From an uncultured Verrucomicrobiae bacterium (GTDB lineage Bacteria > Verrucomicrobiota > Verrucomicrobiia > Chthoniobacterales > JAFAMB01), in contig CAWIPH010000002.1 in assembly GCA_963837955.1 (NCBI GenBank), positions 4,768,001 through 4,832,000 of the forward strand: a DNA stretch of 64,000 bases, read 5' to 3'. Shown here piece by piece: positions 20,922 to 33,670 of this stretch. The notes below the pieces were generated by a model, which had not been told where the DNA came from, searched no databases, and worked only from the letters and a program-made list of their open reading frames with translations. Position 1 is the stretch's first letter, and every line of letters begins with the position of its first letter. Both the position numbers and the translations under genes were made by a program.

Positions 20922-21086
20922 ATGACTGAAAAACCACCACAGCCGACGGACGAACCAAGCTTTGAGGGGTCAGGGAAACCTAGACCACAAGGTGACATCC
21001 GGAAGTCTAACGCTCGCTATCGGTGGTACAATTCTCGTAGTAAACGTCCCTCTAGCCGCAAGCACACACGTAGCGGTAGGCGATAA
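20922..21086 (+). CDS. 54-aa Arg-rich microprotein, copy 1
   Basis: MTEKPPQPTDEPSFEGSGKPRPQGDIRKSNARYRWYNSRSKRPSSRKHTRSGRR; colinear with copy 2. Confidence 0.6.
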   Translation: MTEKPPQPTDEPSFEGSGKPRPQGDIRKSNARYRWYNSRSKRPSSRKHTRSGRR

Positions 21087-21447
21087 AATGCTAGCCTAAG
21101 AATGCCAGCTTTTTTCTATACTGTAGCTCTGGGCATTAATAAATCGTCACCAAAAAAGGGATGGCTTGTGGAACTGCTCTGCTTGCATCACAAGCAATCC
21201 CCTGAAATGTCAGCATGTGACGTAGCCGAATCCGCTGTAAGAGAAAAGTTAAGTGCTGAAGCAATTATCGGCTACAGAGACTCTAGCGAATACTCCTCCC
21301 CGCTGCCAATGAATCTGGGTAAGGCGCACTTCATTTCGCCTTGTGGTTGTCGTGCTTGGCCTTTGCCGTTTTGATATCCTGCTAACGTCTGCTGCTAGTC
21401 CTAGAAATCGTAACACTGGGTAGCACTTTGGTATGCTCCATGCTGAT

Positions 21448-21612
21448 ATGCTTAAAAAATTACCGCCGCCAACCGAGGAACCAAGCTTTAAGGAGTCAGG
21501 GAAACCCAGACCACAAGATAACGCTCGGAAGTCTAACGATCGCTACCGGGGGTACAATTCTCGCAGTAAACGTCCCGCTAGCCGTAAGAACCAACGTAGC
21601 GGGAGGAGATAA
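21448..21612 (+). CDS. 54-aa Arg-rich microprotein, copy 2 (below ORF-track cutoff)
   Basis: MLKKLPPPTEEPSFKESGKPRPQDNARKSNDRYRGYNSRSKRPASRKNQRSGRR; 39/54 identical to copy 1, same start and stop. Confidence 0.6.
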   Translation: MLKKLPPPTEEPSFKESGKPRPQDNARKSNDRYRGYNSRSKRPASRKNQRSGRR

Positions 21613-21746
21613 ATACTAACCTGGAAGCACCCGCTTTCAGGCAACGTCAATGCCGGACCGGTTAAAGATAACTGCTAGGCTAGCACTTCTTTGATTACTG
21701 GTTGCCGTAGTTATAACAGTTCTTTATTCTGTACTGATGGTGTATT

Positions 21747-22100
21747 ATGCTAGCCTTTAATATGCGTCCAGTTGAATTGGGAGAATCGTTAATCCCTGGT
21801 ACAGGGTTGACTCTGATTCGTAAAAAACTGAAACGCTCTTTTGTTCTGTTACGAGTAGTGTCTTATAAAAATGTGCCAAAGAAAGAACAAGCGTGGTTTG
21901 GTTTAAATTATTGTTCTTACGCAGTCAGGGACAAGGGAGGAGCAGAATATATGATTATTGCAAACAATCGTCAGCCTCAGAGCGATGACTATAAACCATG
22001 GTTCCTTTGGCGTTATAGCCGCAAAGGTAAGGGTCCAGAAAAATCACGTTTCGATACCCTGCTTGCTAGCGTAGATGCTGGCGACACCAGAACGACCTAG
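21747..22100 (+). CDS. Hypothetical protein
   Basis: 117-aa ATG ORF in an AT-richer segment. Confidence 0.45.
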   Translation: MLAFNMRPVELGESLIPGTGLTLIRKKLKRSFVLLRVVSYKNVPKKEQAWFGLNYCSYAVRDKGGAEYMIIANNRQPQSDDYKPWFLWRYSRKGKGPEKSRFDTLLASVDAGDTRTT

Positions 22101-22322
22101 GAACGCTTTTCGATGCTCTCCTTGTCCCTGTTGCACTAGGGCGAAGCTGAAACACTCCCCTAGAACTTGGAGCCTTGGCGGCTAGCCCTGTTGTGTTCGA
22201 CTTTGATTGCCTTTCATTTTGTCAAGCTGGCGTCTCACAAAGCATTCTAACAGGCGTGATGATGGTCATCGGCTCAGACCCGTATGCAGTCAATCCAGGC
22301 GCACGGGAGCAGATGCTCGCGG

Positions 22323-22553
22323 CTAGCAAATGGAAAGCCGGGAAGCAGTCCCTTCGCTACACCATTGAACATCTGCAAGAGCCTGTTTGACAGCCTCTGT
22401 ATGTTGATCCCAGTAGGGAAGGTTGCTATCATCACGATCCGTAAGCTTCGGCACCAGCACATCAACTTTCCGCTGCTGTAACTGCTCTGCAACCATTGAC
22501 CAAGTGAATGGACCAACGAGGGGGCTATGCACGAGAACGACCAGGGAATCCAT
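22323..22553 (-). pseudogene. Alpha/beta hydrolase N-terminal fragment
   Basis: VVLVHSPLVGPFTW...LQQRKVDVLVPKL; ends before any nucleophile motif. Confidence 0.6.
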
Positions 22554-23015
22554 CGATTACACCCTTTAAAGCATACCACTGGCTTCGCAGGCGAACAACG
22601 AACCGCGTTGGCTTCACAAAAATCAGGGCAATCACTCCATTCCGGTCTCACGCAGTAACGAAAGCCAACCGAGAACAAGTTACCTTTTGTGTACGAGGAG
22701 TAGCGACTGCTCCTTGCGGTGTTCCTGCCTCCGTGGACGTCTGCAATCTGATCCCGGCTCCGGCGTTTCCGCCGAGTTCTGGCTTCGGTGTCCTCGTTCT
22801 CTTGCACCGTCAACTCTTCGCAAATCCAGGCCCCATCCGCCAGATGGGGTTAACAAGACGCTTACGATACTGGGATCGTTCCCGGTGACGCTTTCTTGAG
22901 TGGTTTCGGTGGGCTGGGCGGAACTATTTGCGGCTTGGCTTCGCGCTTTGGTCCGGGTAGCGGTCCGGTTCTTCGATTCCACGCTTACGCTTCCGCCTCG
23001 GTTCTTCTACTGGCA

Positions 23016-23300
23016 TTATTTTTCTTTCCGGCTTTTCCAATACTTTTCCCAAGCCTGCTCCAATCCGGCTCGAGTAACGGCGATACTGTGACTGATCAAA
23101 AAACTTGAGTGCAGCGCAACGAACGCATTCCACCCGGCCGCGAATGCTTCCCGTTCACCGGCTTGGATTGAGTCGCCTAGATCCCGAATTGCTTTCTTTA
23201 TTTTCGGTGAACTCATCACCTCTTCAAAGATCCCTTGTTCTTTGAGGAAATCGTCAAAATCACTTCCCCGATGCGGACTGGGTTTTTCTATTTTGGCCAT
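23016..23300 (-). CDS. Small protein with an XRE/antitoxin-like N-terminus
   Basis: HRGSDFDDFLKEQGIFEEV resembles the leader of HigA-like XRE proteins; no clear HTH follows. Confidence 0.5.
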   Translation of the reverse strand: MAKIEKPSPHRGSDFDDFLKEQGIFEEVMSSPKIKKAIRDLGDSIQAGEREAFAAGWNAFVALHSSFLISHSIAVTRAGLEQAWEKYWKSRKEK

Positions 23301-23423
23301 CGCGAGGGATTCGAGCCCCGGGGTTTTATCAGTTCCGATCAATGTTTTGGTCCAACTTCTCTTTTGGCAGGTTCTCTTCCAGCCATTTCCGAATCGCCTC
23401 GTATTCCGGTTGGCCCCAGACGC

Positions 23424-23921
23424 TCAGCAAGGCACAACCCCTCCCTGACTAGCTCGGAAAAGATCCTCAAACACCTTTCCCGGGTCTAAGCCAAATTTTT
23501 GTGTAATTAAGTAAAGCACGTGCGTATTAGGGACGGCGTATTTGTTAACTTCAAAGAGTCTTTTCGCGGCTAAGCGAAAGCTACTGTAATAAAGAAGGAG
23601 CGGGATAAGCGCCATAGCCGAGCTGCGAGACACTCCAGCAAAACAATGTACGACCAGATTTGCTTTCGTCGGATCTTCTAAAACTTGCTTCATCCATTCC
23701 AGGCTAAACTGGTACACCGATTCAACATCTTCAGGCGTAGCGATACCCGGACCGTTTATTAGATCCCAGAAAGCCAAATTTACTCGAGGATTGATGAAAT
23801 CTGGTCGCGGAATCCCTATCTCATCCGCCTCCCGGATGCTTATTACCCAATGGTGACTAGACTTGAGGAACATATCCTCAAATCGGTGTCTACTGACAAT
23901 TTCGATTGGGGCCGGATTCAT
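23424..23921 (-). CDS. Predicted protein-tyrosine/dual-specificity phosphatase
   Basis: CX5R P-loop LVVHCFAGVSRS; VISI, FWD and PN motifs. Confidence 0.85.
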   Translation of the reverse strand: MNPAPIEIVSRHRFEDMFLKSSHHWVISIREADEIGIPRPDFINPRVNLAFWDLINGPGIATPEDVESVYQFSLEWMKQVLEDPTKANLVVHCFAGVSRSSAMALIPLLLYYSSFRLAAKRLFEVNKYAVPNTHVLYLITQKFGLDPGKVFEDLFRASQGGVVPC

Positions 23922-24128
23922 TTCGAGGGATCCTGAAGAAGCTGCAAAGAGCTTTGGATGCCTAAGCGAAGGTAACCCCAGCGGTTACCGTGAGCGACCG
24001 CATTATATCAGGCCGAAAGCCTCAAATCGTCCTAGAGGCTTTTTGAACACTGCTCGACTGAACTCGTGCGCGCTCGAATATCAACCGCTCCCATTTGGTT
24101 TGGCCTCTCATACCGTCCATAGTTAAAG

Positions 24129-24389
24129 ATGCCTGAACGAAACCCCACAGAGAAGTTTTACGACCACTACGAGAGGTATCAAAGTGCGAAATCGAGACAG
24201 GGCGCTCATTGGACGAAAGTGTATGCCATGTTTAGCATAGGTGACCTGCGTCAGCTCGTCGGCGAAAACTATAAGGACAAGAATGAGTGCGCGAAGGTCA
24301 TTGCAACCTTATTCGCTCGCATCGCAATGACTCACCAGCAAGCGCTGGAAACCTATCAAGAACTCTACGACGACAGTAGACCGATCTAG
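24129..24389 (+). CDS. Hypothetical protein
   Basis: 86-aa ATG ORF with protein-like composition. Confidence 0.5.
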   Translation: MPERNPTEKFYDHYERYQSAKSRQGAHWTKVYAMFSIGDLRQLVGENYKDKNECAKVIATLFARIAMTHQQALETYQELYDDSRPI

Positions 24390-24490
24390 CCATTTGGTTC
24401 TTATCAGTAAACCACAAAGGAGCGAGCCAGCGGCAGCGATCAGATCGAAAATATCTTGATTGCGAATCCTCCTGGGCAACATTTTTGCGG

Positions 24491-24742
24491 ATGGAGGAGT
24501 ATTACTCAGAGTTGGCGTCGGCTTTGCAAGAAAGACTTGCAGTGATCTCCGATCAGGATTTGCGAACCAAGGATCCCGAAGCTCAATTGCGGCGACTCCA
24601 TTTGGCGTCGGAGCGGATCGATCGACTGAAACAGGGTTTACCGGCAGATGCGGATCCTATGTTAAAGCACTTTTTGGAGCGCATGAGCCTGACCAAGGCC
24701 TTGGAATTGATTCAGAGTCGATATCTGGAGGCGAACAATTAG
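24491..24742 (+). CDS. Hypothetical helical protein
   Basis: MEEYYSELASALQERLAVI...LKHFLERMSLTKAL. Confidence 0.6.
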   Translation: MEEYYSELASALQERLAVISDQDLRTKDPEAQLRRLHLASERIDRLKQGLPADADPMLKHFLERMSLTKALELIQSRYLEANN

Positions 24743-24924
24743 GTAGCTTGCAGAGGATCTCGTGCGCCATGCCTTGGTTTGGTGTGCTTCCTCCGTCCGA
24801 ACATTATTCGCTCGACTACGTCCACTATTCTTTGCTCGGCAATACTGTGAGGGTCCGCATGCCAGCCGGTTGCTTGCAGCTTGGGAACCACGAACGTTCG
24901 ACAGGTATCAGCCTCATTTGGCAT
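24739..24924 (-). pseudogene. hsdR: Type I restriction HsdR N-terminal remnant (~32 codons homologous)
   Basis: MPNEADTCRTFVVPKLQATGWHADPHSIAEQR, followed by unrelated sequence. Confidence 0.7.
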
Positions 24925-24933
24925 AAAAGGCCT

Positions 24934-25140
24934 TCATTTTAACCGAGGTGTAACGGCGGCTGTGGGCGGCGGCGGGGACAGCGCACGGATCTCGTGGCCG
25001 AAGCATCCCTGAAGGATATCGAGTTTTTCGTCGATAGACATCTCGTCAAACTCGCGCTCGGAAACCTGCTCTTCCAAAAGGACCAATTTGCACCAGAGGT
25101 CGAAGTTTGTAGCTAATTCTCGATAGGTAGGTTTGCTCAT
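24934..25140 (-). CDS. Hypothetical protein
   Basis: MSKPTYRELATNFDLWCKLV...EFDEMSIDEKLDIL. Confidence 0.5.
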   Translation of the reverse strand: MSKPTYRELATNFDLWCKLVLLEEQVSEREFDEMSIDEKLDILQGCFGHEIRALSPPPPTAAVTPRLK

Positions 25141-25336
25141 TTCCAGTGGCCGGTTGCCGCGCACAGCTCGCTCTGCCATAGTCCGATCAACGCGCCCCAA
25201 AATTGCGCCGCTTAACATTGGAGAGCGTTAGATTCTGGGGGCCGAACGGCGAGCGCTTCCGGCAAGGAGGATCAGCATGGCCTTCGTGGAGTCGACGTTT
25301 CGGCAATGGCACCCTTCGTTCCGGGGGGCTGCTGCA

Positions 25337-27826
<2,490 letters not shown>

Positions 27827-27897
27827 TGCGTTTCCGATGCCCGCCCGCCGCCTGACCTTGTTGCCATTTGCTACAACATCAGCACTTCAACATTCGT

Positions 27898-28072
27898 CTA
27901 ACTGATCCTGGTTCCAAGCAAGCCGGAGGTCTTCGCGGAGGCCCTCCGCTCATTGATGCTCGTAGCGAGCCCGTTGCCGCCGACGCTGAGCGAAGCGCTC
28001 TCTTGCCAAGGTTAAGCGCCAGATGCCTTTACCCAGGCGGATGCGTTTGCGGCATCTAAAGCCCACAGTCAT
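27898..28072 (-). pseudogene. DUF4236-like fragment, frameshifted
   Basis: Across frames: VGFRCRKRIRLGKGIW / LNLGK / ASLSVGGNGLATSIN...GLLGTRIS. Confidence 0.55.
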
Positions 28073-28215
28073 ATCTCCCAGTTCCGCCCTTCGGGCGAGT
28101 CGACAAAAGCAACCGCTTCCGCGAGGGTCGAGAACTTTTCGCCGGCACAACTAAACGACCCGGCCTTTGTGTTGTGAGAGCGGATCATCCAAAGCTCGGC
28201 GCCCCGTCTGCTCGA

Positions 28216-28476
28216 TCACGCCCCGATGAGAACCCGGTGAACACTATTTGGAGCACTGATCATTCGATCGATGCCGTTGGCGACCTTCTGGGCCTCTTCC
28301 GGCGTCGTGTAAGAGTAATACAGGAGCTCAGTTTTCAGCCACGACACTGGATCTTTTAAGAATTCCGACACAAGGTATCGCTCTTTATGCGGCTCAATCA
28401 TTGCGTTAGGCTCAACACCTATTGCTCCGCAGGCGTCAAGAAAGGCCTGCTCGTTTTTGGCTGTGAATTCGTTCAT
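28216..28476 (-). CDS. Hypothetical protein
   Basis: 86-aa ATG ORF. Confidence 0.5.
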   Translation of the reverse strand: MNEFTAKNEQAFLDACGAIGVEPNAMIEPHKERYLVSEFLKDPVSWLKTELLYYSYTTPEEAQKVANGIDRMISAPNSVHRVLIGA

Positions 28477-28746
28477 TTGATGCCTACTAGGCGTAAGAAC
28501 GCCGTTTCGATGTTTTCTGCTCTTTCGCGGCCTTTGGCCGTTTCGGCTCCCGGGACTTCGATCGGCGTGGATTTAACGCTAGGCCACTTGAGCAGCCTTT
28601 GAGAACCGCGTAGAATCGAGATTCTAGGTCAACATAAGCTAGCCTATTTTCAGTCAGAAGTCGCCTCCTATCGATCGCTTTATACTCCACTCTTTTGTCA
28701 GGAAGAATGGCGCGGCCATGATTCTGTTCAGTTGCGACGATCTAAA

Positions 28747-29484
28747 ATGAAGGCACCATTCTGCATCATAGGAGCAACGCGCGGTACGGGCTTACTAATC
28801 GCTCAGCAATTATTGGAGCGCGGGTCAAACGTCAAGGTCGTCGCGCGCGATCCGGGTAAGGCCAGCCGCCTCCTAGGTAATCGAGCAGATGTACGCCAGG
28901 GTGACGTGATTGATGCTCGGTCGATCCGTGACGCTATAGCCGGGGACTACAGGGCAATATTTTTCACTGTTGCTGCTACAGGTGGAATGGATGGTCGCGC
29001 CCTGTTCGGGTCGAAGACCAAGATCCGCGAGGTGACGTACCAAGGATTGCTGAACGTGGTCGACGCAGCGCGTTCAAGCGGTTTCAAAGGACGTATCACA
29101 CTGCCGTCGGTTGTGGGCGCGGATCGGTCGTCGCTCATCATTAGCATTCTCAATACAATCAAATCCGGCCTGCAGCGGAACCTGATTGAAAGAGAACTCT
29201 ATTTACGAGCGAGTGGACTAGACTACACGATCGTGCGAGCGCCGATTCTCACAAGCGCGCCGGCTGGCCAAACTAATGTCCGCATTACTCAAGCAGTTAA
29301 TAGGTTAACAGCTGGACCAAAGATCTCGCGTGGCGATCTGGCTCGCATAATGATTCTGGCGTCTGAACAGGCCGTGGCCTCACGCAAGACCTTTGACCTG
29401 TTTGCCGAAAAAGGGGCCGCCCCTTCCGACCAGCAAATTCTTAACCAGCTCGAACAGATACCGACAGATACGGAACCACAATGA
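28747..29484 (+). CDS. NAD(P)H-binding protein (atypical SDR/NmrA-like)
   Basis: IIGATRGTG, LRASGLDYTIVRAP, ISRGDLA. Confidence 0.88.
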   Translation: MKAPFCIIGATRGTGLLIAQQLLERGSNVKVVARDPGKASRLLGNRADVRQGDVIDARSIRDAIAGDYRAIFFTVAATGGMDGRALFGSKTKIREVTYQGLLNVVDAARSSGFKGRITLPSVVGADRSSLIISILNTIKSGLQRNLIERELYLRASGLDYTIVRAPILTSAPAGQTNVRITQAVNRLTAGPKISRGDLARIMILASEQAVASRKTFDLFAEKGAAPSDQQILNQLEQIPTDTEPQ

Positions 29485-30017
29485 ATGAGCGAGACATCTC
29501 GGTCAGCTCCCATATCTGCTCTCACTGTTTCTTTATCGTGTTGCAGGTCTTTTGAGCAAGAGAATCAATGATAGGGACAGGTACACAGCAAATAACGTTA
29601 GTGCAATTACAGACCAGTGCAAAGCATTTGCGGATCGGACTCCAAGCGATGTAGCAGTGCATGGAGACAAGGAAGAATAAGACTAAAGGCGGGGTTTCAA
29701 TCTGACTAACAATGGAACAGGCGCTTGATACAATGTCGATCGAAACTTTTTGGGAACGTGCACGTTGCCCGAATAGCTGGCACAACTTCACCACAGGAAA
29801 TGGGAGAGATTCTAGGGAAGGTGATTTACCCTGGACCCGTTACCCGACGGCGAATGCAGTTACTTTTAACCTAACGAGATAGACAGGCGGTCAGTTAAAC
29901 ACAACAAGAATGTGACGAGCACGCAGGCTCACCTAACCGCGCCTCTTGTAGTGCATGTGCGAAGGCAAGGTGCGTCTAGCAGCGAAGCCTAGCAAATGGA
30001 GCATCGAAAAAGCGTTC

Positions 30018-30284
30018 CTAGGCCCGTTCTAGCGGGTATCGCAGCCGCATCTCCTTGAGCAGTTCCCGGATCTTATCGAATGCAGCGTTTTGTGCGTCAC
30101 CATAGCGTGGGGCAGATGATGGCCACACGAAAAAGTTTTCCAACAGCAAGAGTAAAGTGCTGATGTCGTTCTCTAGCACTACATCTTCCTTTTTGAGTCT
30201 TTCGATTGCGTTGCCATCTCTTACAGACTCGTTTTCCAGATTGGCAACTCTGTGCTCAACGTTAAGGAATCTCGCTTCAGACAT
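30018..30284 (-). CDS. Hypothetical protein
   Basis: MSEARFLNVEHRVANLE..., coiled-coil-like. Confidence 0.45.
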   Translation of the reverse strand: MSEARFLNVEHRVANLENESVRDGNAIERLKKEDVVLENDISTLLLLLENFFVWPSSAPRYGDAQNAAFDKIRELLKEMRLRYPLERA

Positions 30285-30852
30285 AGGAGCAAGGATACTC
30301 CTTTTGTAATGCGATGTCACGCCTAGCGGCAAAGCTTAGCAGCTTGCCAAGTGGTCTGGTCCTAGTGCTCGGTTCTAGCACCAGCAACCGCAGCAAGGCA
30401 AAGCATCCACGCTTCAGGTTCAATTAAGACTTCGTTCCAATCTGATTCGGGATGCCGTAACACCATCAGGCACTGGCAGTAGTCGAACCGATGTCGCCAC
30501 ACGCTTTCAAGATCTCGCTCGTGAACGGTCGCGATCGGATTCCTTTTTTAGCTGAGTCTCCCACCCCCAAAATTTTTGTCATGCTTTAGTCGGGGAGCTT
30601 GCACAGTGTCAGATTTTTGACACGCCGTGTCAAAAGCGACTTATTGGCGATCTTTCAGTCTATCGTTGTACGGTGAGCCGGGACACTTGAACTTTCGACC
30701 AACACCCAAAGCATCCGTTCGACGATCCAGGATTTGAAATCGGTGGTGACGCCGCGGTACCATCCACGAGATGATGGATCAGCAGCTTCGAAATGGAACG
30801 TAACCGGTCGCCGTTCGCCGAGCCGTACGTAGACTTCAGCCGGTGGTAAGCT

Positions 30853-31023
30853 TTACCGGTGCGAACTAATTGCCTGACAAATTCCTACGGTCTCGCGGTT
30901 GATCGCATCGGCGATCAATAACGCGGCGAAAATCGTGATGGCGTTTTGGTCAGCAGTAGTTGTTTGTTCAGCTAATCTCTTTGCTTCCACAAGGAGTTCG
31001 TCTGCGGTATTGAATTCTGGCAT
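30853..31023 (-). CDS. Small hypothetical protein
   Basis: MPEFNTADELLVEAKRLAE... Confidence 0.35.
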   Translation of the reverse strand: MPEFNTADELLVEAKRLAEQTTTADQNAITIFAALLIADAINRETVGICQAISSHR

Positions 31024-31292
31024 ATCCACCAAGCTTACCAGACTCGCCCACTTGCTTGGCAATACGCATTCTTCGGCGTGGCGGAGGCCCTCAGATAAGA
31101 CGGCGAACCCAATAAGACAGACGAAGAACTAGGTTGCAGCCGCAGCTTGATAGCGTGCCAGTTACGTACAAAATCAGATCCCAAAGCCACTGGGATAGTA
31201 ACAAGTCGCGGTAACGCACTCGCCAAGGTTCGCTGAGTTCCGCCCAACGCTACTGCAGTTGAGTCGTTTCTTTACTAGATGCAAGTTGCTCA

Positions 31293-31871
31293 ATGGCCCT
31301 TAATCCGTTCGAACAACTCGAATCCTTTGTTTCCGAACCGCGCAAGGCGTTCGAGGATCTGGCAACGATGTTGTTGCAAGACTGCGGGAAAGCCGTGGGC
31401 AGGGTCGCTATCTATCTAGGTGACGGCGGAGTAGATGCCTACACAGGCGATTTCTCTAGAAGCGGACAACTAAGGGTCTACCAAACCAAATATTTTACCA
31501 GGCCTTGGAGCGGCTCCCAGAAGCAACAGATTCGAACGTCTTTTGAGACGGCTGCTAACTCTCAGGACTTCAATCTAAAAGAATGGGCTCTTTGCGTTCC
31601 GGTCAGGCTTACGAGGCAGGATCTTAAATGGTTCGATGGATGGAAAGCAGAGCAGTCGGTTCCGATCGACATCATCGATGGTGATGATCTGACGCAGATG
31701 TTGGATAGTGCTGACGGAGCGCGCACACGCCAGCAGTTTCGCGATTGGGGAGTCTTCTCGGTTCGAAACGGCTCCCCAGTAATACAGGCTCGCGTTCGCT
31801 GCATTAAGAGAGACCCGAGAACCTACCAGACATTCAGCCTATGCTTTCCGATATCGAAGGTAATAAGGTGA
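31293..31871 (+). pseudogene. Mrr-like PD-(D/E)xK nuclease domain protein, apparently truncated
   Basis: FEDL...GDGGVDAY...YQTKYF...QKQQIRTSF...WALCVP; 3' end runs into an OB-fold-like fragment in another frame (to 31951). Confidence 0.6.
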
Positions 31872-31961
31872 AAATCACTGACCGGATCGAGTTGTACAAG
31901 GGGAAGCCCGAAATTCGGATAGACGCCGCTTCTCTGCTCCAGGTCGAGTGAATGGGAGCAT

Positions 31962-32294
31962 ATGCCTAAAAACGTTCGCAAAGCGGTTTCTCTAGCCGCG
32001 TTTCTTTTTCTTTTGGCAGCGCTGTTTCCGATCCAGAGCGAGATAGTAAGTGTTCCTGTTTCAGGGGGTATTTTTCCTGCTTCGAGTCCATATTATTATC
32101 TAACCGTTCTGCGCGCTCGTGAGGTAACGCTTTTCTGGCAGCCTGTTTTTGTACCTTTGCGGACGTACCGCGGGATGCTGCCAGGTCAGTGGCTCCGAAC
32201 CGAGTTAGATTGGGAAAGCTGCACACTCGAATTGGTGATTATCGTTTCGGTTGGATTTCTCTATTTTGTTTGGTTAGAGCGACGCTCCGCGTAA
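31962..32294 (+). CDS. Hypothetical membrane protein
   Basis: N- and C-terminal hydrophobic helices. Confidence 0.5.
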   Translation: MPKNVRKAVSLAAFLFLLAALFPIQSEIVSVPVSGGIFPASSPYYYLTVLRAREVTLFWQPVFVPLRTYRGMLPGQWLRTELDWESCTLELVIIVSVGFLYFVWLERRSA

Positions 32295-32340
32295 AATCCC
32301 GTTAGAGTGCGAACCGCACTCGCCAGCGCAAAGGCTGAAT

Positions 32341-32877
32341 ATGGCTACCCCAATATATCTAAGCAGGGACCCCGACGAGGCCGTCGTGAGGCTCAATTAC
32401 GAAAAGGCCGTTGAAGCACTCGGCAAAATCTGCGTCGAGTTTCAGCTGCTCGAAACCCACCTCAAAGTAGCGATCGGAAATCTCCTTGATTCTGATGACT
32501 ACCGGCCCGGCGTAATCGTAACCGCCAAACTCTCTTTTCAAGCGACTCTCGACTTATTCGGAGCCCTCTACCAGCACCGTTTCAATGATGCAGTCGAGCA
32601 CAAAGAACTCGACAGGTTTCTAAACAAATGCAAGAAGGTCGAGGAACGCCGAAATCAAATTCTTCACTCGCATTGGCGGCCAGACACCATAGGCGGCAAG
32701 GGTGCCATCCGAACAAAGTTCACGGCCCGTAGGACATTCAAAACCCAGCAGCAGCTCCTTTCTCAAGCCGGTTTGCAAAAGGAAGCTGACGATCTGCAGG
32801 CCCTGCGGGAAACGTTTTTAAAGGTCTGGGCAGCACGCGTGGTCAGAAACGTCACTCCGCGTAAGCGGATTTATTAA
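32341..32877 (+). CDS. Hypothetical helical protein with HEPN-like RxxxxH motif
   Basis: FQLLE...RRNQILHSHW. Confidence 0.55.
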   Translation: MATPIYLSRDPDEAVVRLNYEKAVEALGKICVEFQLLETHLKVAIGNLLDSDDYRPGVIVTAKLSFQATLDLFGALYQHRFNDAVEHKELDRFLNKCKKVEERRNQILHSHWRPDTIGGKGAIRTKFTARRTFKTQQQLLSQAGLQKEADDLQALRETFLKVWAARVVRNVTPRKRIY

Positions 32878-33376
32878 ACTGCACGACTTATCCGACCATT
32901 CCACGCCCTAAGCGCTCGCTCGTGGCTTTCACGCTTCGGCCCGCCCGCTCCGCACTTCGGGCGAACGCCCTGGAACGATTCCGATACCGCTATGAGCGAG
33001 AAAAAGCTTTTGTGTCGCGTCAGACTGCGGAACAGCGATCAGAAGTTTGGCGTTTGGATTTTCCGGCCTTAAAATTTTGATCGGGAAAACTTAACGTCAA
33101 TCTGCTGTCTGCCGCCATTACGACGCCCTCTCTCGTCACGATGCTGATAATGAAAGACATTGCCGCGATTGGATTAGTGCTTAGTTCAGGGGGTGGCTAG
33201 ATTTGATATCAGCCTTCGATGGTTCAATGAATACGTCGTTTTGCGTATTGATTCACGATTTGCTGAAACTCCTATTTCGGCCCCAAAAAAGCTTCTCAGA
33301 TTGGCTCAGGAGCGCGTTTGCTGAGGGTGCCTGCATCATGATGCTCGGGTTCTCGGGCCTGGTTAATGAATGCGCC

Positions 33377-33670
33377 TCACTCGTTTTTCACAAGGTAAAC
33401 CGCCTCATCGTGACGCAATACAACTTGTTCCAACTTCTCTTTTGGCAGATCCTCTTCCTTGATCTTGGTAAGATTTACCGGGTCATCGACGCCTCTACCG
33501 AGCGTTAGATTAAAAGTCTCTCTGGCTCGATCTTCGGGGTGACCCTCATATGGGTTGCCGTTAGGATCGTGCGTTTGAACCGCAATGATATAATGCAGCG
33601 TCAACCGGCCCCTTTCATTGCCGATGGGTGCCCGCACGAGCTTGGTTTGGTAGAAAATTTGTTCGCTCAT
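33377..33670 (-). CDS. Hypothetical protein
   Basis: MSEQIFYQTKLVRAP...; ATG at 33670. Confidence 0.45.
   Translation of the reverse strand: MSEQIFYQTKLVRAPIGNERGRLTLHYIIAVQTHDPNGNPYEGHPEDRARETFNLTLGRGVDDPVNLTKIKEEDLPKEKLEQVVLRHDEAVYLVKNE

Noticed and set aside
22560..23016. Arg-rich minus-strand ORF pieces as further microprotein copies
   Set aside because: Only compositional similarity; no alignable nucleotide match to the 54-aa pair
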